From: Xylographa opegraphella
Taxonomy: Eukaryota
Assembly: GCA_022813865.1 (NCBI GenBank)
Contig: JALDZX010000020.1
Coordinates: forward strand, 62,001 to 126,000
Length of the DNA stretch: 64,000 bases
Direction: 5' to 3'
Part shown: positions 1 through 12,893 of the stretch, in pieces
Layout of the letters: every line of letters starts with the position of its first letter
How positions within the stretch are numbered: the stretch's first letter is position 1
Notes under the pieces: generated by a model
Told to the model about the DNA's origin: nothing
What the model saw: the letters and a program-made list of their open reading frames with translations, nothing else
Database searches by the model: none
Position numbers and translations under genes: made by a program

Positions 1-5
1 AGCAA

Positions 6-1586
6 GTGTCGTTGGGCCTTCTCCTTGATGCTGTGTTCGACGAGCTCATGTCTGGTAGGAGAGGTGATGCTGCCCAGGGACTCCCGGATGTTGGCGAACT
101 ATACTCATTCTTGATAACTTTGCATACCGGCATGAATGTAAATCCGCGATTCATATCTTCGAGCGAAAATCTTCCAGTCCTTATAGATATCCCGGGGTCT
201 GACACATCATCCTCAACTTCAGGGCATCGAGTACTAGGCGGATTCGAAGAAACCAGAGAGATGAAACTCTACAGCACTTTTTCCATACCGCTTATTCATG
301 GCTGGTTACCTTTACAGACCAATCCGGCATACGCTGCGCTTCAGAGATCTGCAAGTACCTATGAAGACGCCCAAAACCTCATGTTTCGAGAAGAAGAGCT
401 AGAGGACAAGCTCCAAAGAGAGGGCCTTAAGCAGGATGAGCAGATCTTGCTAGAAGACATCGCCAGTATAAAGTATTTTCTTTCGTCTTCAGCAACGCAG
501 CTTACCGAGTATGGTTTGCACACCATCACTGATATTCTCCAACCAGGTTCCATCGCAATCCTGTTTCGGAATGATCACTTCAGCACTCTGTACAAGCACC
601 CAAGAACGGGACAGATTTTCACTCTTGTGACTGACATGGGCTATGCGGGTCACGAAGAGGTTGTCTGGGAAAGCATAGTTGATGTTTCTGGAGAAGGCTC
701 CGAATTTTTCGCTGGCGACTTTAGACCTGTGGGAAACAACAACAATGAGACATATACAGATTCGCAGAATGCTAGTCAATCCAACGGGCAACCTTGGACG
801 ACCGTTTCCCGTCCCAATCATTCTTCAAGGTCTCAACCTACTCAGAAGATCTCTGGACCGTCAACCACCTTGGCCACCACTTCCAACCCTCAGCGCTTAC
901 CCACTCCTCCCCATGATCCAGACTACATACTTCCTACCTCCCCTACTACTGAACAAGAAGATCACGACCTGGCTCTTGCATTACAGTTACAGGAGGAAGA
1001 GGAAGATCGCTCTCGCCGCGAGTCCGCCGCGCGACGTCGTGAGGATGAACTCTCTCAGGCTTATCTTGATTCACAAGTATCTCCAACGCAGCGACCAAAT
1101 GCTCAACGAGGCCAGAGTCAAACGACCAGGCCTACGGTACCACCTCGCGGGGGTAGTAATGTGGTCAACACAACCCGTCGTCCGACCCCGCGCGCAGATC
1201 CAGAAGCAGGCGAGGATGCCCCACCCCCAAGCTACGAGCAGGCTGCTAAATCCCAGCCTTATCTTCCCCCGGTTGACGAACCGCCGTATACTCCACCTAC
1301 TCCTATCAACCGTACCGTCTCCGGTGCTGGGTTGCGGTCACCTCCGCAAGGTGCACAAGCAAGGCTAGTGAGCGCCTACGGCCAGCATGCATCATCTGTT
1401 GGGAACCTGCCCCCTACCCATCGGCGCAGCGTGGTTGGAAGACCATCGTCAGGGATGCCAGCGAGGGGTGGTCTGGGAGGCTCTGAAGGCGCTCCAGCAA
1501 TCGCAAGGAGGAGAAGTGCAGGTCCGAGCAACCCGTCATGGGACGTTGATACTGATAAACGCGACAAGGATTGTATTGTTATGTGA
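6..1586 (+). CDS. MINDY-family (DUF544/FAM63, Miy1-like) deubiquitinase, 5' end outside window
   Basis: LIHGWLP, TQLTEYGL, ILFRNDHFSTLYKHP (catalytic His), LVTDMGY..VVWESI motifs; MIU-like EQEDHDLALALQLQEEE; C-terminal CaaX CIVM. Confidence 0.9.
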   Translation: MSLGLLLDAVFDELMSGRRGDAAQGLPDVGELYSFLITLHTGMNVNPRFISSSENLPVLIDIPGSDTSSSTSGHRVLGGFEETREMKLYSTFSIPLIHGWLPLQTNPAYAALQRSASTYEDAQNLMFREEELEDKLQREGLKQDEQILLEDIASIKYFLSSSATQLTEYGLHTITDILQPGSIAILFRNDHFSTLYKHPRTGQIFTLVTDMGYAGHEEVVWESIVDVSGEGSEFFAGDFRPVGNNNNETYTDSQNASQSNGQPWTTVSRPNHSSRSQPTQKISGPSTTLATTSNPQRLPTPPHDPDYILPTSPTTEQEDHDLALALQLQEEEEDRSRRESAARRREDELSQAYLDSQVSPTQRPNAQRGQSQTTRPTVPPRGGSNVVNTTRRPTPRADPEAGEDAPPPSYEQAAKSQPYLPPVDEPPYTPPTPINRTVSGAGLRSPPQGAQARLVSAYGQHASSVGNLPPTHRRSVVGRPSSGMPARGGLGGSEGAPAIARRRSAGPSNPSWDVDTDKRDKDCIVM

Positions 1587-2043
1587 TTGGGGACGCGGCC
1601 ATGACTTGCTGTATTAAATGGGCGTCGGGAAACTGGAGTGAGAGGCTCGGACTTTGCGATATACCAGATTCGGAGTTCTTACAGCTGTTCGTTACGGCCG
1701 TTTCATGATTGGTACTGAAGAGATACCACCATAAGCTGAGAAAGAAGCTTTATGAAGTTCGCCAAGAATTTACGCATCATGCAGGCGAAACTTTTTGGGC
1801 AGAGACTAGCCTTAATTAGCATACCCCGTAGGACCTCATCGTAGAGCCCTCAAAACAATATTAATAATATTTAAAGCGCATTGGCTTCGAACAACTTGAA
1901 GGTCCGAAGGCCACGTCGCGTGCCACATATATAAGTCATATACTGCCCTTTATAATATACTTGCATTCGTATTATCTCGCGTTTGTTTCGAAGCACACTT
2001 GATTTACAACAGTCCATGCTCATCGAGGCATCAATCATTCGTT

Positions 2044-2992
2044 ATGGTGTCAACCAGGAACCATCCGTCCAATTTCCCTCCTCCGCCGCTTGAATCGCCC
2101 TCGAAATCTCTCACGCGAACCGCACGCCCGTCTTCTTCGCCGGCGCCCACGCCTTCGTCGGTCAAGGGGAAACCTAAAGCAAGGTCCAAACAGTCGTCGA
2201 AACACGAGCCCAATGGATGGAACCACACTCCGTCCAACCTCACGCTCGTCTGGCTCCTCGTTTCTCTCCCTCTGGTGGCGTGGGATACGGGCTACGTGCT
2301 TCTCCGGCCCTACAGCATGCCCGGCGGCTCTCTCCACTGGCCAGTTTGGACTCCTTATAAACTGTACGGTGAGGTGGACTACATATACGGCTTCCCAGCG
2401 CTGGAAGCAGGAAATGGGTTCACGTCCGCTCAGGGAGTCATGAATATCGCGGAGAGTCTGGGATACGTGGCATATCTGTGGCTGGTTTGGCGGTTCGGAC
2501 GCGCGACAGAAGAGGTGGAAGGAAGAGGCGCGCCGAGCTCGAAGTCGGTGGGCTGGTTGGGAGAAGCCCGCAGTATTGGTGGTTCGGAGGCTGGATTGGC
2601 AGTGTTGATTGCTTTTACGACCTCCGCACTGACGCTAAGCAAGACAGTGCTGTACTGTAAGCATAGCAATGTTTTCGCCGGCCGATTCAAGCTACGAGTA
2701 CACCATACTAACGCTGTTGATCCAGGGCTCAACGAGTATTTCTCCGGATTTGCCAACATAGGACAGAATGACGCGCTTTCACTTCTCTTTCTTTGGATCA
2801 TACCCAAGTAAGGAGCGCTGATTGTTCCAGTAAAAAGCCTCGCTGATTCCTTGCAGTGGCCTGTGGATGGTTTTTCCCGCCTACATGATGTACGTTTTTG
2901 GCCAAGAGCTCCTCGAAGCCCTTGCGATCGCCAGTGGAGAATCATCCAGCACGGTATCTGTCGGGAGAATCCTCGCTATCAAGGACGAGTAA
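2044..2992 (+). CDS. EXPERA/emopamil-binding-protein-like membrane protein (3 exons; introns 2657-2725, 2808-2856)
   Basis: W.HTPS.LTLVWLLVSLPLVAWDTGYVLLRP, W.PY.LYGEVDYIYG, SKTVLYW, LWIIPNGLWMVFP after splicing; several hydrophobic helices; canonical splice sites. Confidence 0.75.
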
Positions 2993-4496
2993 TTCAGGAT
3001 ATTGACTACCAGCCCGAATCTGGTGGTACCAATGCACGTACCCAACGCAACTTACTGCACTGGGGAAAAGCTACACAGCGGAATTGATTTCTGCATCGTC
3101 AGCTCAGATCCGAGCCTGATTCCTTCACCATTACCACTCCCACACACCGCTTTGCAGTTTCGGGATGGAGAGAGAGATGCGCGCCGGAGGAGCGTAACAG
3201 CGGCGCCGGACGTTGTGATATTTTTATACAATGAAGCATCTGTGGCGACTTTTTGGGCAGTCGATAGTGATCCTGGTATTTCCACCTTCGTTGCGTTGGA
3301 TCCTTCTGAGCGTTCTCGATACCCATTTCCGTAGTTGCCCTTTTCTTGTCGGTCCGAGCGGTTCTTTGATAGACCAATTCAGAATTTGAGAAAGTGCTAC
3401 AATTACATATACATACTGCCAAAGAATTGGGCAGCTTTCGCTTCCCAGGGTATGTGACACAGCGCCATCGACACCCGGTAATCCCATCATAGGGCCGGAT
3501 CGTGACACCCAGTGAGATGTTTTTTATTATGTGACCGCTGACGGCTGGGGTCCTACGTTCGTATACATTGTACGCGCAGCATCAATCGGTCCGGGACACG
3601 AGCAGACCCCAAGCTCCCTTTCTACGATGGCTCTGTCGGCACAGCTGGGCGGGGTGGCGGACTCCCCAATCAGGTCTGGTGGGACGATACCAGTTTGTTC
3701 TGTCAATCGGGAGACCCTCGCTTCTGCTCACAAAACCACTAGAGATTGATCACGTTAAGGTAAGCAGGTCTGGTAAGTAGGCTGGGGGCCAAAATAGTGC
3801 CGAGCATCACACACAGTCAACAAGAATAGTGACTTTGCTATCCACACTTTGTACCGCATGCGGTAGCTTCTGGCATTCAGGCAGAATACGTATCTTCTTC
3901 ACCTTGGTTGCCAGCAACTTTCTGAACCACCGAGGTAGGTTGTTTTAGTCCATGCATAGGCCTTGGCAACCTTTCCAGGACAACACTCTCTGCAAAGGCA
4001 GGTAGCAACACCCACTCCGCATGTACCTCCCAGCCGTTCAGCAGCCCGATAGTGTGGTTCCACCGATCCAGTCATCGAGAGTGGCAAGCAGCGATGCCGG
4101 GCTCGGGGAGTCTTGGCCGACCCATCTTCACCACTAATAACGAATACCAATCATGAGTATTACGTATGGTGAGAATGGCAAGAAATGCACCTGATCGACG
4201 TGGAGTTCCGCGAGGTTCCCCCGACGCGCTACGGCGATGCGGTCCGCAGGAAGGCTGGCGTGTGGTGGGGCGGGATGCGCTTCCCGTCCCTCCATTGCCG
4301 CTCTGGTAGCTACATGGTACATAGTAGCAGGTACACCACATCGGAACCGTCGATGATGACGACAATATCGAGTCGACGCAGACTAGAACCGTGTCACAGT
4401 AGCTGGGCGACAACCGGAATACCGGCCGCTACGTTTTAATCAATAATGGAGGGAGAGGGGCAGTGTCCAGCCACACTGGCGGTCGTTCTTTGGAGA

Positions 4497-4670
4497 GGCT
4501 AAAGCCAAGCAAATAATGCAGCGCAAGTGCTAGCGCGCACCCGCAGTAGCGGAGATATTTGGATCGTGTTTGCAAAGAGCTTTCGTTCATGCCGGAGATA
4601 TAAGAAAATAGAGGGAGTCGATATGGCGGGGTACAGGTGCCGCAGCCAATCAGCAGCGGAGTCCAGTCCG
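4497..4670 (+). promoter_or_regulatory. Putative cellulase-regulon sites upstream of beta-glucosidase: XlnR-type GGCTAAA (4497-4503), CCAAT (4646-4650), ClrB/CLR-2-type CGGN8CCG (4657-4670)
   Basis: Exact motif matches ~1.0-1.2 kb upstream of the GH3 ATG; short motifs, function untested. Confidence 0.4.
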
Positions 4671-5698
4671 CTCTAGAAAACGTTTGCAGTCTGACCGTTG
4701 CCTTCCAACTTTTCTACGCCGACGCCACGGCCGTGTCGAGTTCCGTCGGCCGTCCTCGAAGGTGGTGTGGACTATGTAGGTAGGTATCTATGATGTACTA
4801 CTGCTGACGAGGACTCTTGTCTGTGTGACGGGAGTCCACCAACGCTTTCTCTGGAAAGTGAAGGGCTTGGGGACCATGTGCCCAACCCCGCATCTGTGCT
4901 TGTTGAACTGTGGTGCGAGAGTGAGGTAGGTCAGGTATCTGCAGGTCATGGTGGCGAGGGAGGGAACGAGATCCACTCCGTGATGGCTGCAAAGTGGATA
5001 TGGGACGACATTGAAGCCCCACACGGAGCTCAAATTGGACCGCGGCCATAGAGCGCCAACAGGCATTTCCTCCCCTTCTGTGCCCCCCGTGCAGATAGCT
5101 TTGCAGCTTTGACAGTCGTGCTCAGGGACCGCGCTGTGCAGGTGCCTGCGCACGCGGTGTAGTCTGGTGCCGTAGCTGAAAGTCTCTCCAAGGTGTCCGG
5201 ACCTGTTGTGTGCGGTGTAAGGTACTTTGGTCGTCGGAGCACAGCGGGACTTTTGTGAATGCTGCACAAAAATGCTCTCGCAGTTGGTCATCACTGCTTT
5301 AGCGAGTGCCCAGCGACCAGGGTGTGCAAAGCCTCCATCCTTGCATCCCTACCCCACATGCGGGGTGCTCGCTGGCTTTTTCCAGCGCCACATCCCTGCC
5401 CGCTCTTGCGTCGTTCCTGGGATGCAACGCCCTTTCCCTTGCCCGATTCCGCAGCTATGACAACATCTAAACCTTGTTTGCGCGGGAAAGCTGTTGAAAG
5501 GCTGCGAAAAGCTCTTTATTTACCAGAGCTCCCTCGCATCTCCATTTCCACCATTGGTACTCCCACCAGCATTATTTGTGTGACTTGATAGCGTTGGCAG
5601 CTCCATCGTCGAGCTCTACAGCTATCGGTTGCACTATCCTATCACCAATCGTTTGATCGCATAGTCAAAGCTGCACAGCCGCTTGTATGATAGAAAAC

Positions 5699-8645
5699 AT
5701 GTGGACGTCCTCTCTTTTGTTACTAGCGGCGGCGGGCGCCGTGGTGAGATGTCAGGACGGGAATAATACCGCTCCCGTATGTTGGAAGCCCGTTCTTTTT
5801 CCATTGCTTTACTGTTGTTTGGTGTCAATGCTCCAGAAAGAATTTGAACTCATCCACAATCCTGCAGTTCCCATCGGCGACTTACCCCAATGGCTCTTCC
5901 CCTGATCCAGCTACCATCGCAGGAAGCGTCGAGTTCCAGAAATCTCCTCCATTCTATCCCTCACCATGGGTTTCGGGTCTTGGAGACTGGGGCGCCTCGG
6001 TTGCCAAAGCTCAAGCTCTGGTGGCGCAGATGACTCTGGCGGAGAAGGTTAACTTAACCACCGGTGTCGGGTATGTTATTCTCTAAGCTTTGACGTATGA
6101 ACCCATATTAATACCGCTATAGTTGGGAAGGAGAGCGCTGCGTTGGCCAGACTGGCACGTTGACCTTGATCCCTTTTCAGACCACGCAGAGCGCTAACAG
6201 CCTACTAGGTTCCGTTCCAAGACTGGGGATTCGATCATTGTGTCTGCAGGATTCACCTGTTGGTGTTAGAGATAGTCAGCATCCCTTTGATGCACATCGA
6301 ATCTCTGGCTGACTCCGAATAGCCGACTTCAACTCCGTCTTCCCAGCTGGTGTCAACGTAGCTGCAACATGGGACCGAGGACGGGCTTATCTTCGTGGAC
6401 AGGGTATGGGTGCCGAACATCAAGGCAAGGGTGTCGACGTCCAGCTCGGTCCCGTGTCAGGTCCAATCGGGAGAGCTCCGGAAGGCGGCCGAAACTGGGA
6501 AGGTTTCAGTCCTGATCCAGTCTTGAGCGGTATCATGATGGCGCAGAGTGTAAAAGGTATCCAAAGCCAGGGTGTGATTGCTTGCTCGAAGCATTACATC
6601 GGCAATGAGCAAGAGCACTTTCGACAGGTTCCGCAGGCTGGGTTCGACAATCTGACCGACAGCTACAGCTCCAACATCGACGATGTGACCCTGCACGAGC
6701 TCTACCTGTGGCCATTTGCCGATGCAGTCCGTGCTGGGACTGGCTCGGTCATGTGCTCGTACAACCAGGTCAACAACAGCTATGCATGCCAGAACAGCTA
6801 CCTGCTTAACAACATCCTCAAGAACGAGTTGGGCTTCCAAGGTTTCGTCGTCAGTGATTGGTCGGGTCAGCACTCTGGTATCGGCTCTGCATTTGCGGGT
6901 CTCGATATGACCATGCCTGGGGACGTTGGTTTTGACAGTGACACTTCATTCTGGGGGACCAACCTTACCATCGCGGTCCTCAACGGTACCGTCCCACAAT
7001 GGCGTGTCGACGATGCTGCCACCCGAATCCTGGCCGCGTGGTACTATGTGGGACGTGACACCAAGCAGATTCCCATTAACTTCGACTCATGGACTTTGGC
7101 GACATACGGGTACCAACACTTCTATGCCCAAGAAGATGTCAGGCTCATCAACGAACACGTGGATGTTCGCGCGGACCATGCTGCTACCATCCGCGACATT
7201 GGATCAGCCAGTACTGTACTTTTGAAGAACGTGAACAATGCCCTTCCCTTGACAGGCCACGAGAAGTTGACTGCAGTTTTCGGAAACGATGCTGGTGACA
7301 ATCCAAACGGACCCAACGGATGTTCTGACCGCGGCTGTGACAATGGTACCCTGGCTATGGGCTGGGGTTCCGGGAGTGCCAATTTCCCCTACCTTGTCAC
7401 TCCAGAGACAGCCATTCAGAATGAACTACTCGGCAATGGAGCTGTATTCGAGTCCATTACTGATAACTTCGCCTACAGTCAAATTGAGACACTTGCTATG
7501 CGCGCATCTACCGCGATTGTCTTTGTCAATGCCGATGCTGGGGAGGGCTACATTGTCGTCGACGGTAACCAGGGCGACCGAAACAACTTGACGTTGTGGC
7601 AGGGTGGAGACAACCTGATCATGAACGTCTCCTCGCTATGCAACAACACTATCGTCGTCATCCATTCCGTCGGACCAATTCTTCTTGCCAATTACTCTTC
7701 AAACCCCAACATCACTGCCATTCTTTGGGCCGGTATTCCAGGACAAGAGTCTGGTAACTCCATCGCTGACGTCCTCTATGGCCGTGTCAACCCAGGCGCT
7801 AAGCTCCCATTTACCATGGCTGCCTCTCGCGAAGATTACGGTGATGACCTCCTATATCTTCCCAACGCTCCTGTGCCGCAGCTCGACTTTGCGGAGGGAA
7901 TCTTCATCGACTACCGAGCACTAGACCGTGCAGGTATCGAGCCGGTTTACGAGTTCGGTTTCGGTCTCAGCTATACGACCTTTAACTACTCCAATCTATC
8001 CATTGTCAAGCAGAACGCTGGGCCATACGTACCAACCACTGGAATGACCACTGCTGCCCCGACCTTCGGAACCACCGACAACAACACCAGCGACTACATC
8101 TTCCCATCCAACATCACCCGTGTCCCATATTACATCTACCCATACCTCAATGTCACCGACCTCGAAGCAGCGTCGCAGGATCCTGATTATGGCGTCCCAG
8201 GATATATTCCCGCCATGGCTCAAGACGGAAGTCCCCAGCCGCTCAACCCGGCCGGCGGTGCGCCGGGAGGGAACCCACAGCTATATGACGTTCTCTACAT
8301 GGTAACTGCCACCGTCACCAACACCGGCTCCGTCGGCGGTGAGGAGGTGCCCCAACTGGTAAGTTTTCGGTTCCCCGCCGCCACAACGGCTCTGATCACT
8401 CGCTAACATAATTACAGTACCTCTCCCTCGGTGGTCCGTATGACCCTCCTGTCGTCCTCCGCGGCTTCGAGCGCCTCTCCATCGATGCCGGTATGTCCGC
8501 CACCTTCACCGTCGAGCTTACCCGTCGCGACGTTTCCAACTGGGACACCACCGCCCAGAACTGGGTCATCTCCGACTACCCCAAGACCGTCAAGGTCGGC
8601 AGTTCGTCGCGCAACACCCCGCTTTCCATGGCGCTGCCGATGTAA
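5699..8645 (+). CDS. bglA: Secreted GH3 beta-glucosidase (BglA/Bgl1 type), multi-exon
   Basis: Signal peptide MWTSSLLLLAAAGAVVRC; SPPFYPSPW, MTLAEKVNLTTG, GRNWEGF, KHYIGNEQE, GFVVSDW (nucleophile Asp), fibronectin-like C-terminus EVPQLY..LRGFER..LTRRDVSNWD. Confidence 0.95.
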
Positions 8646-9752
8646 AACCAGGGTCATTTCGCATCCTGTTTCCGGTACATAAAAAAGTTTCGCGTGATGT
8701 AATCGTTGGCTTTCGTCGCTATTCGCGAGGAAGGGGAGATGTAATTTCGGCTGAGCAGTGAGCTCGAAGGCTTCTGTTGTGTCGTTTGGTTGGGGACAGG
8801 GGGAAGGCAGACAGAGCCGGATTGAACTCGTCAGGAGTCTAAACTGCTGCTAACGCGGGATCGGGGGATCGAGGATGATTGACGATATGATAACGCTCTT
8901 TTTAACGATCAGAAGGGGTGTGAGGTGTGGGTGGTTTCTTGTACATAATTACTTGTGATGTTGAGAGGGGAGGAGGAAGAAGGTGAAGGGGTTATATATC
9001 AATCTAGTAGTTTGAATGACATACCCTGTCTGTGTCTTTGCTTGTATGAGTCTGTTTGTCAGTACGGGCTGCCCAGTTGACTGTGTCAAATGGTGTCGTT
9101 TCGCCGGAGGTTGACTTCCCTGGGCTAAGTAGGACTTTACGCAGCAGAGACACTTTGGTCTGGAGCGCGACATACGTGAGTGGCATGCCTATAAGCAGCA
9201 ATACCAGCACCATCGAAGAACACCCGGCTCGACTTCACACATTATCCAGCCAGGGAGGGAAATAGGATAGATTGAGGTAGGGAGGCAGGTAGGAGATATA
9301 GACATCCCGCCTGTCATACAGCACCGAGACTACCCTACCTACCCTAAATTCCCCATCCATCCACCCACTTAGCACACCCACGCACCTCATCCCCGAGCCA
9401 CTCGTTGAAGAGCCCCCCACACACACAGGGACCGAAAGCCCAGAGGAAGCCGCATCCCGTATCCTGCACCACAGCCGCGCGCAGGCCTGAGGCCACGGGC
9501 TGTCCCGAGAGGAGGGGGGGGGGGTGAGATAGGGTCTATACATACACACTTGGATTTACACGCTCGCTTATATACATAACATACAACGCCCCCCCAAACG
9601 CGCCCAAGTGGACGTCTGCTCCGCGATTTTCCACGCCCCCGACCCCCCCAGCGAGGCGGGCAGTTATTTTCCGAATTCGACGACACATGCTTTTTGGCCC
9701 GGGGGGGGGTCTCTAGCCCAGAGGTTACGAAGCGAGGGGTGGGGGAACGGGC

Positions 9753-10990
9753 TCAATCGTCCCACTCCTCGTCGAGCTGGTCGATCAAGCGGTTCTCGTC
9801 CTCGGCGCGGGAGGGCCCGCGGCCGCCGCGGGCGGCGGAGTGGGTGGGTAGCTGGTTGTAGCCTTTGCGGGAGGGGAGGAGGCGCGCGCAGGAGGAGGTG
9901 AGGATGATGAGCATGTCCTGCGGGGGGTTAGCGGGGAAGTAAGAGGGGGGGGGGAGGGAATCGTGTCCGACGGACCTTGACGAAACCGACCATGCCGGCC
10001 CACATGCTGTAGTTGGGCAGCTGTTTCCACCCGCGCTGGTGCAGCACTGTGCGCTGGTACGCCACGCCGCCGACGAGGTACACGGCTGCTGCTATCAGGG
10101 CTCTGTGTTTCGCCAGGGGGGTCAGCGTCCTGCCGGATGGGGGGGTTGGTTGGGGACAGAGGGGCCTCTCACATGATGCCGAAGACGCCGGCGGGGCCGA
10201 CGGCTTGCTGCGCTGCGCTGACGCCGCCACACGCGGCGGCGGAGCGGGACTCGAAGAAGTAGGTGCATTCGTCCTCGCTCGCGCCGACGAAGGCGACGGT
10301 CGCTGGGACGGTGAGCTCGCGGTCGCAGAGGAGGGAGATGATGCTGGATTTGCGGCGGGGTTTAGAGGGGCGTTTGGGGGGGCGGGGGTTGTCGTCTTCG
10401 CTGTCGTTGTCGTCGTCGTCGTCTTCTCGGTTCTTAGCGGCGTCGAGGAGGTCGATGGATCTTTTGGCGGCGGAGGAGTCGCAGGGCGATCCTCCGGTGT
10501 AGTTGAGAACGAGCTTTCGCCCGCGGAGAACGGGGGCGGTGGAGGTTTGCCTGCACGCGCATGCTCGAGTCAGTTTCTGCGATCTCGGCTTTCGCTGGCC
10601 AGCGAGTTGGCGTGAAAGTCCGCGCGTGTTCCCCTACGGCGCAACGTACCCTATCGAAAACGTTTTCCCGCCTTTGGTGTAAAAGGCGCTGACGTTCCTC
10701 CACAAGCTCTCATCCACCCCGACCACCTTCTCCAGCTCCTCGATCACCGGCGCGCAGAAGTTCAAGGTGAAGTTCGAGCCGTAGTCGTACCCGGCGGCGC
10801 GCCAGCTCTCCTCCCGGTCGCTCTTGTGGGCTTTCTTTCCGTCGTGGAGGGGTTGGACCGCAATGGCGTTCAGATCAAAGGTGAGGCCGCTCTTCGAGGT
10901 GATGGTGCATGGCTTCAGGGGTTTGGGGTCCGCGGCCTGGGCGCTGGAGAGACAAAGCGCCAGGATGAGGGTGGGGTTGAGGATTCGCAT
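9753..10990 (-). CDS. MRL1: Mannose-6-phosphate-receptor-like vacuolar sorting protein (Mrl1 type, MRH domain), multi-exon
   Basis: Signal peptide; GYDYGSNFTLNFCAPV, W.NVSAFY..GK.FSIG; TM followed by YQRTV.HQRGWKQLPNYS.W; C-terminus DENRLIDQLDEEWDD. Confidence 0.8.
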
Positions 10991-11305
10991 GGTGCGTGGG
11001 GAATGGGTGGCTTTAGATGGTTGTTACTCCGTATGATGGGTCGTTTGCGTGGGAGTTAGAGGAATGGCTTCATAGTGCATGTTCCTGAAAAGGAATTCGT
11101 AACGGTGGCACAATTCATGCACAAGTGGATAGCCCTGCGAGCCCCGGTCGGCGGGCCCACCCGAGAGGGCCCGTAGACCCCTTCCGGCGATTCATTGGCT
11201 GCAGGAATGAAATCGTCATTGAAGCTCCCCTTTGTTTACTTCCGTCCGTGTGCTCACCCTGTACGTTCATCCGTCAACGTCGTTGATACCCAGGGTGTTC
11301 GCAAT

Positions 11306-12893
11306 ATGTCTAAAAGAGAGCAAAAGTCGGTCCTACCGGCCGCGCCATTTCATGGCTACGAGTTTGGAGGGCCGTATGTTTCTCCTGCACCCTCAAGACG
11401 TACAGGTCTAACGAGTAAATACAGATTCGGAGCCTTTGCGACGTCCTTTGGTCTTCCTCTAGTCTGCTACCTCGCCAGTTTCCTCTGCAACGATCTTACC
11501 GGGTGCCCGGTACCCTCCGTGTTACATCCATACAGCCTGACGGTTGAGAAACTCAAGCAGGAAACCGGATGGCCTGGTATCGCTGCGTTAGGAAGCTTCA
11601 GGGTCACGGGCTATGTGTTGGCATATTACTTTCTGAGTTTGGTGCTGCAAACAGTACTGCCAGGGGTCAAACGTGAGGGTCTCAAATTGGCTTCCGGGGG
11701 GCGACTAAAGTACAAGTTCAATGGTATGTGGTTTGAATACATCAAAAGACCTCCCTCGCTCACGAAGTCTAGCATTCAATTCGGCCATCTTCACCGTGGC
11801 CGTGGCACTGGCTGGTACCGTGATGCAGGGAGCCGACTTCCCACTGTGGACGTTCATTTGGGACAACTACACTCAACTGATCACAGCTAACTTGGGAATC
11901 GCCTTCGTCCTGGCGACCTACGTCTACCTAAAGAGTTTCTCCGTCAAACCAGGCAATGCGGATCACCGCGAACTCGCAGCTGGTGGACATTCCGGGAACC
12001 TCATCTACGACTGGTTCATCGGGCGTGAATTAAATCCTCGGGTCACTCTGCCACTCCTTGGAGAAATTGATATCAAGGTCTTCTGTGAACTCCGACCGGG
12101 TATGTTGGGATGGGTACTGCTTGATCTAGCCTTTATGGCCCATCAATACAAGGTACATGGCTTTGTCAGCGACAGCATGATTCTCATCACGGTCTTCCAA
12201 TCGCTGTACGTCTTCGATGCATTGTGGATGGAACCGGCGATGCTCACGACAATGGACATCACCACCGACGGCTTCGGCTTCATGCTAGCCTTCGGAGATC
12301 TCGCATGGCTTCCGTTCATCTACTCGCTGCAAGCACGCTATCTGGCGGTATACCCCGTCCACCTCGGATTCTACGGTATCCAGGCCATCCTCGCCGTCCA
12401 AGGCTTCGGCTACTACATCTTCCGCAGCTCGAACAACGAGAAGAACCGCTTCCGCACGAACCCGAACGACCCCAAGGTCGCGCACCTCAAGTACATCGAA
12501 ACGGCGTCGGGCAGCAAACTGCTGGTCTCGGGCTGGTGGGGCACCGCCCGGCACATCAACTACCTGGGCGACTGGATCATGGCGTGGTCGTACTGCCTGC
12601 CCACCGGCATCGCCGGCTACCTCATCCAGCACAGCGCGCCCGCGCCGGTCGACGGCCACTTGACGCTGGATGGGAGCTCCGCCGACGGAGCGCGGGTCGG
12701 GGGGCCGACGGTCGTCCAGGGCGAGGCGCGCGGGTGGGGCATGGCCGTCACGTACTTCTACGTGCTGTACTTCGCCGTCCTGCTCGTGCACCGCGAGATG
12801 CGCGACGAGGAGAAATGCATGCGCAAGTACGGCAGGGATTGGGAGGCGTACCGGAAGCGAGTGCCGTGGCGGATCCTGCCGGGGGTGTATTAG
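11306..12893 (+). CDS. ERG24: Delta(14)-sterol reductase (ERG4/ERG24 family), 3 exons
   Basis: YEFGGP, GGHSGNLIYDWFIGRELNPR, DIKVFCELRPG, MDITTDGFGFMLAFGDLAW, LLVSGWWG.ARHINYLGD, RDEEKC.RKYG. Confidence 0.93.

Noticed and set aside
9753..10990. ATG27 assignment
   Set aside because: The juxtamembrane and C-terminal motifs (HQRGWKQLPNY, RLIDQLDEEWDD) fit Mrl1-type receptors better
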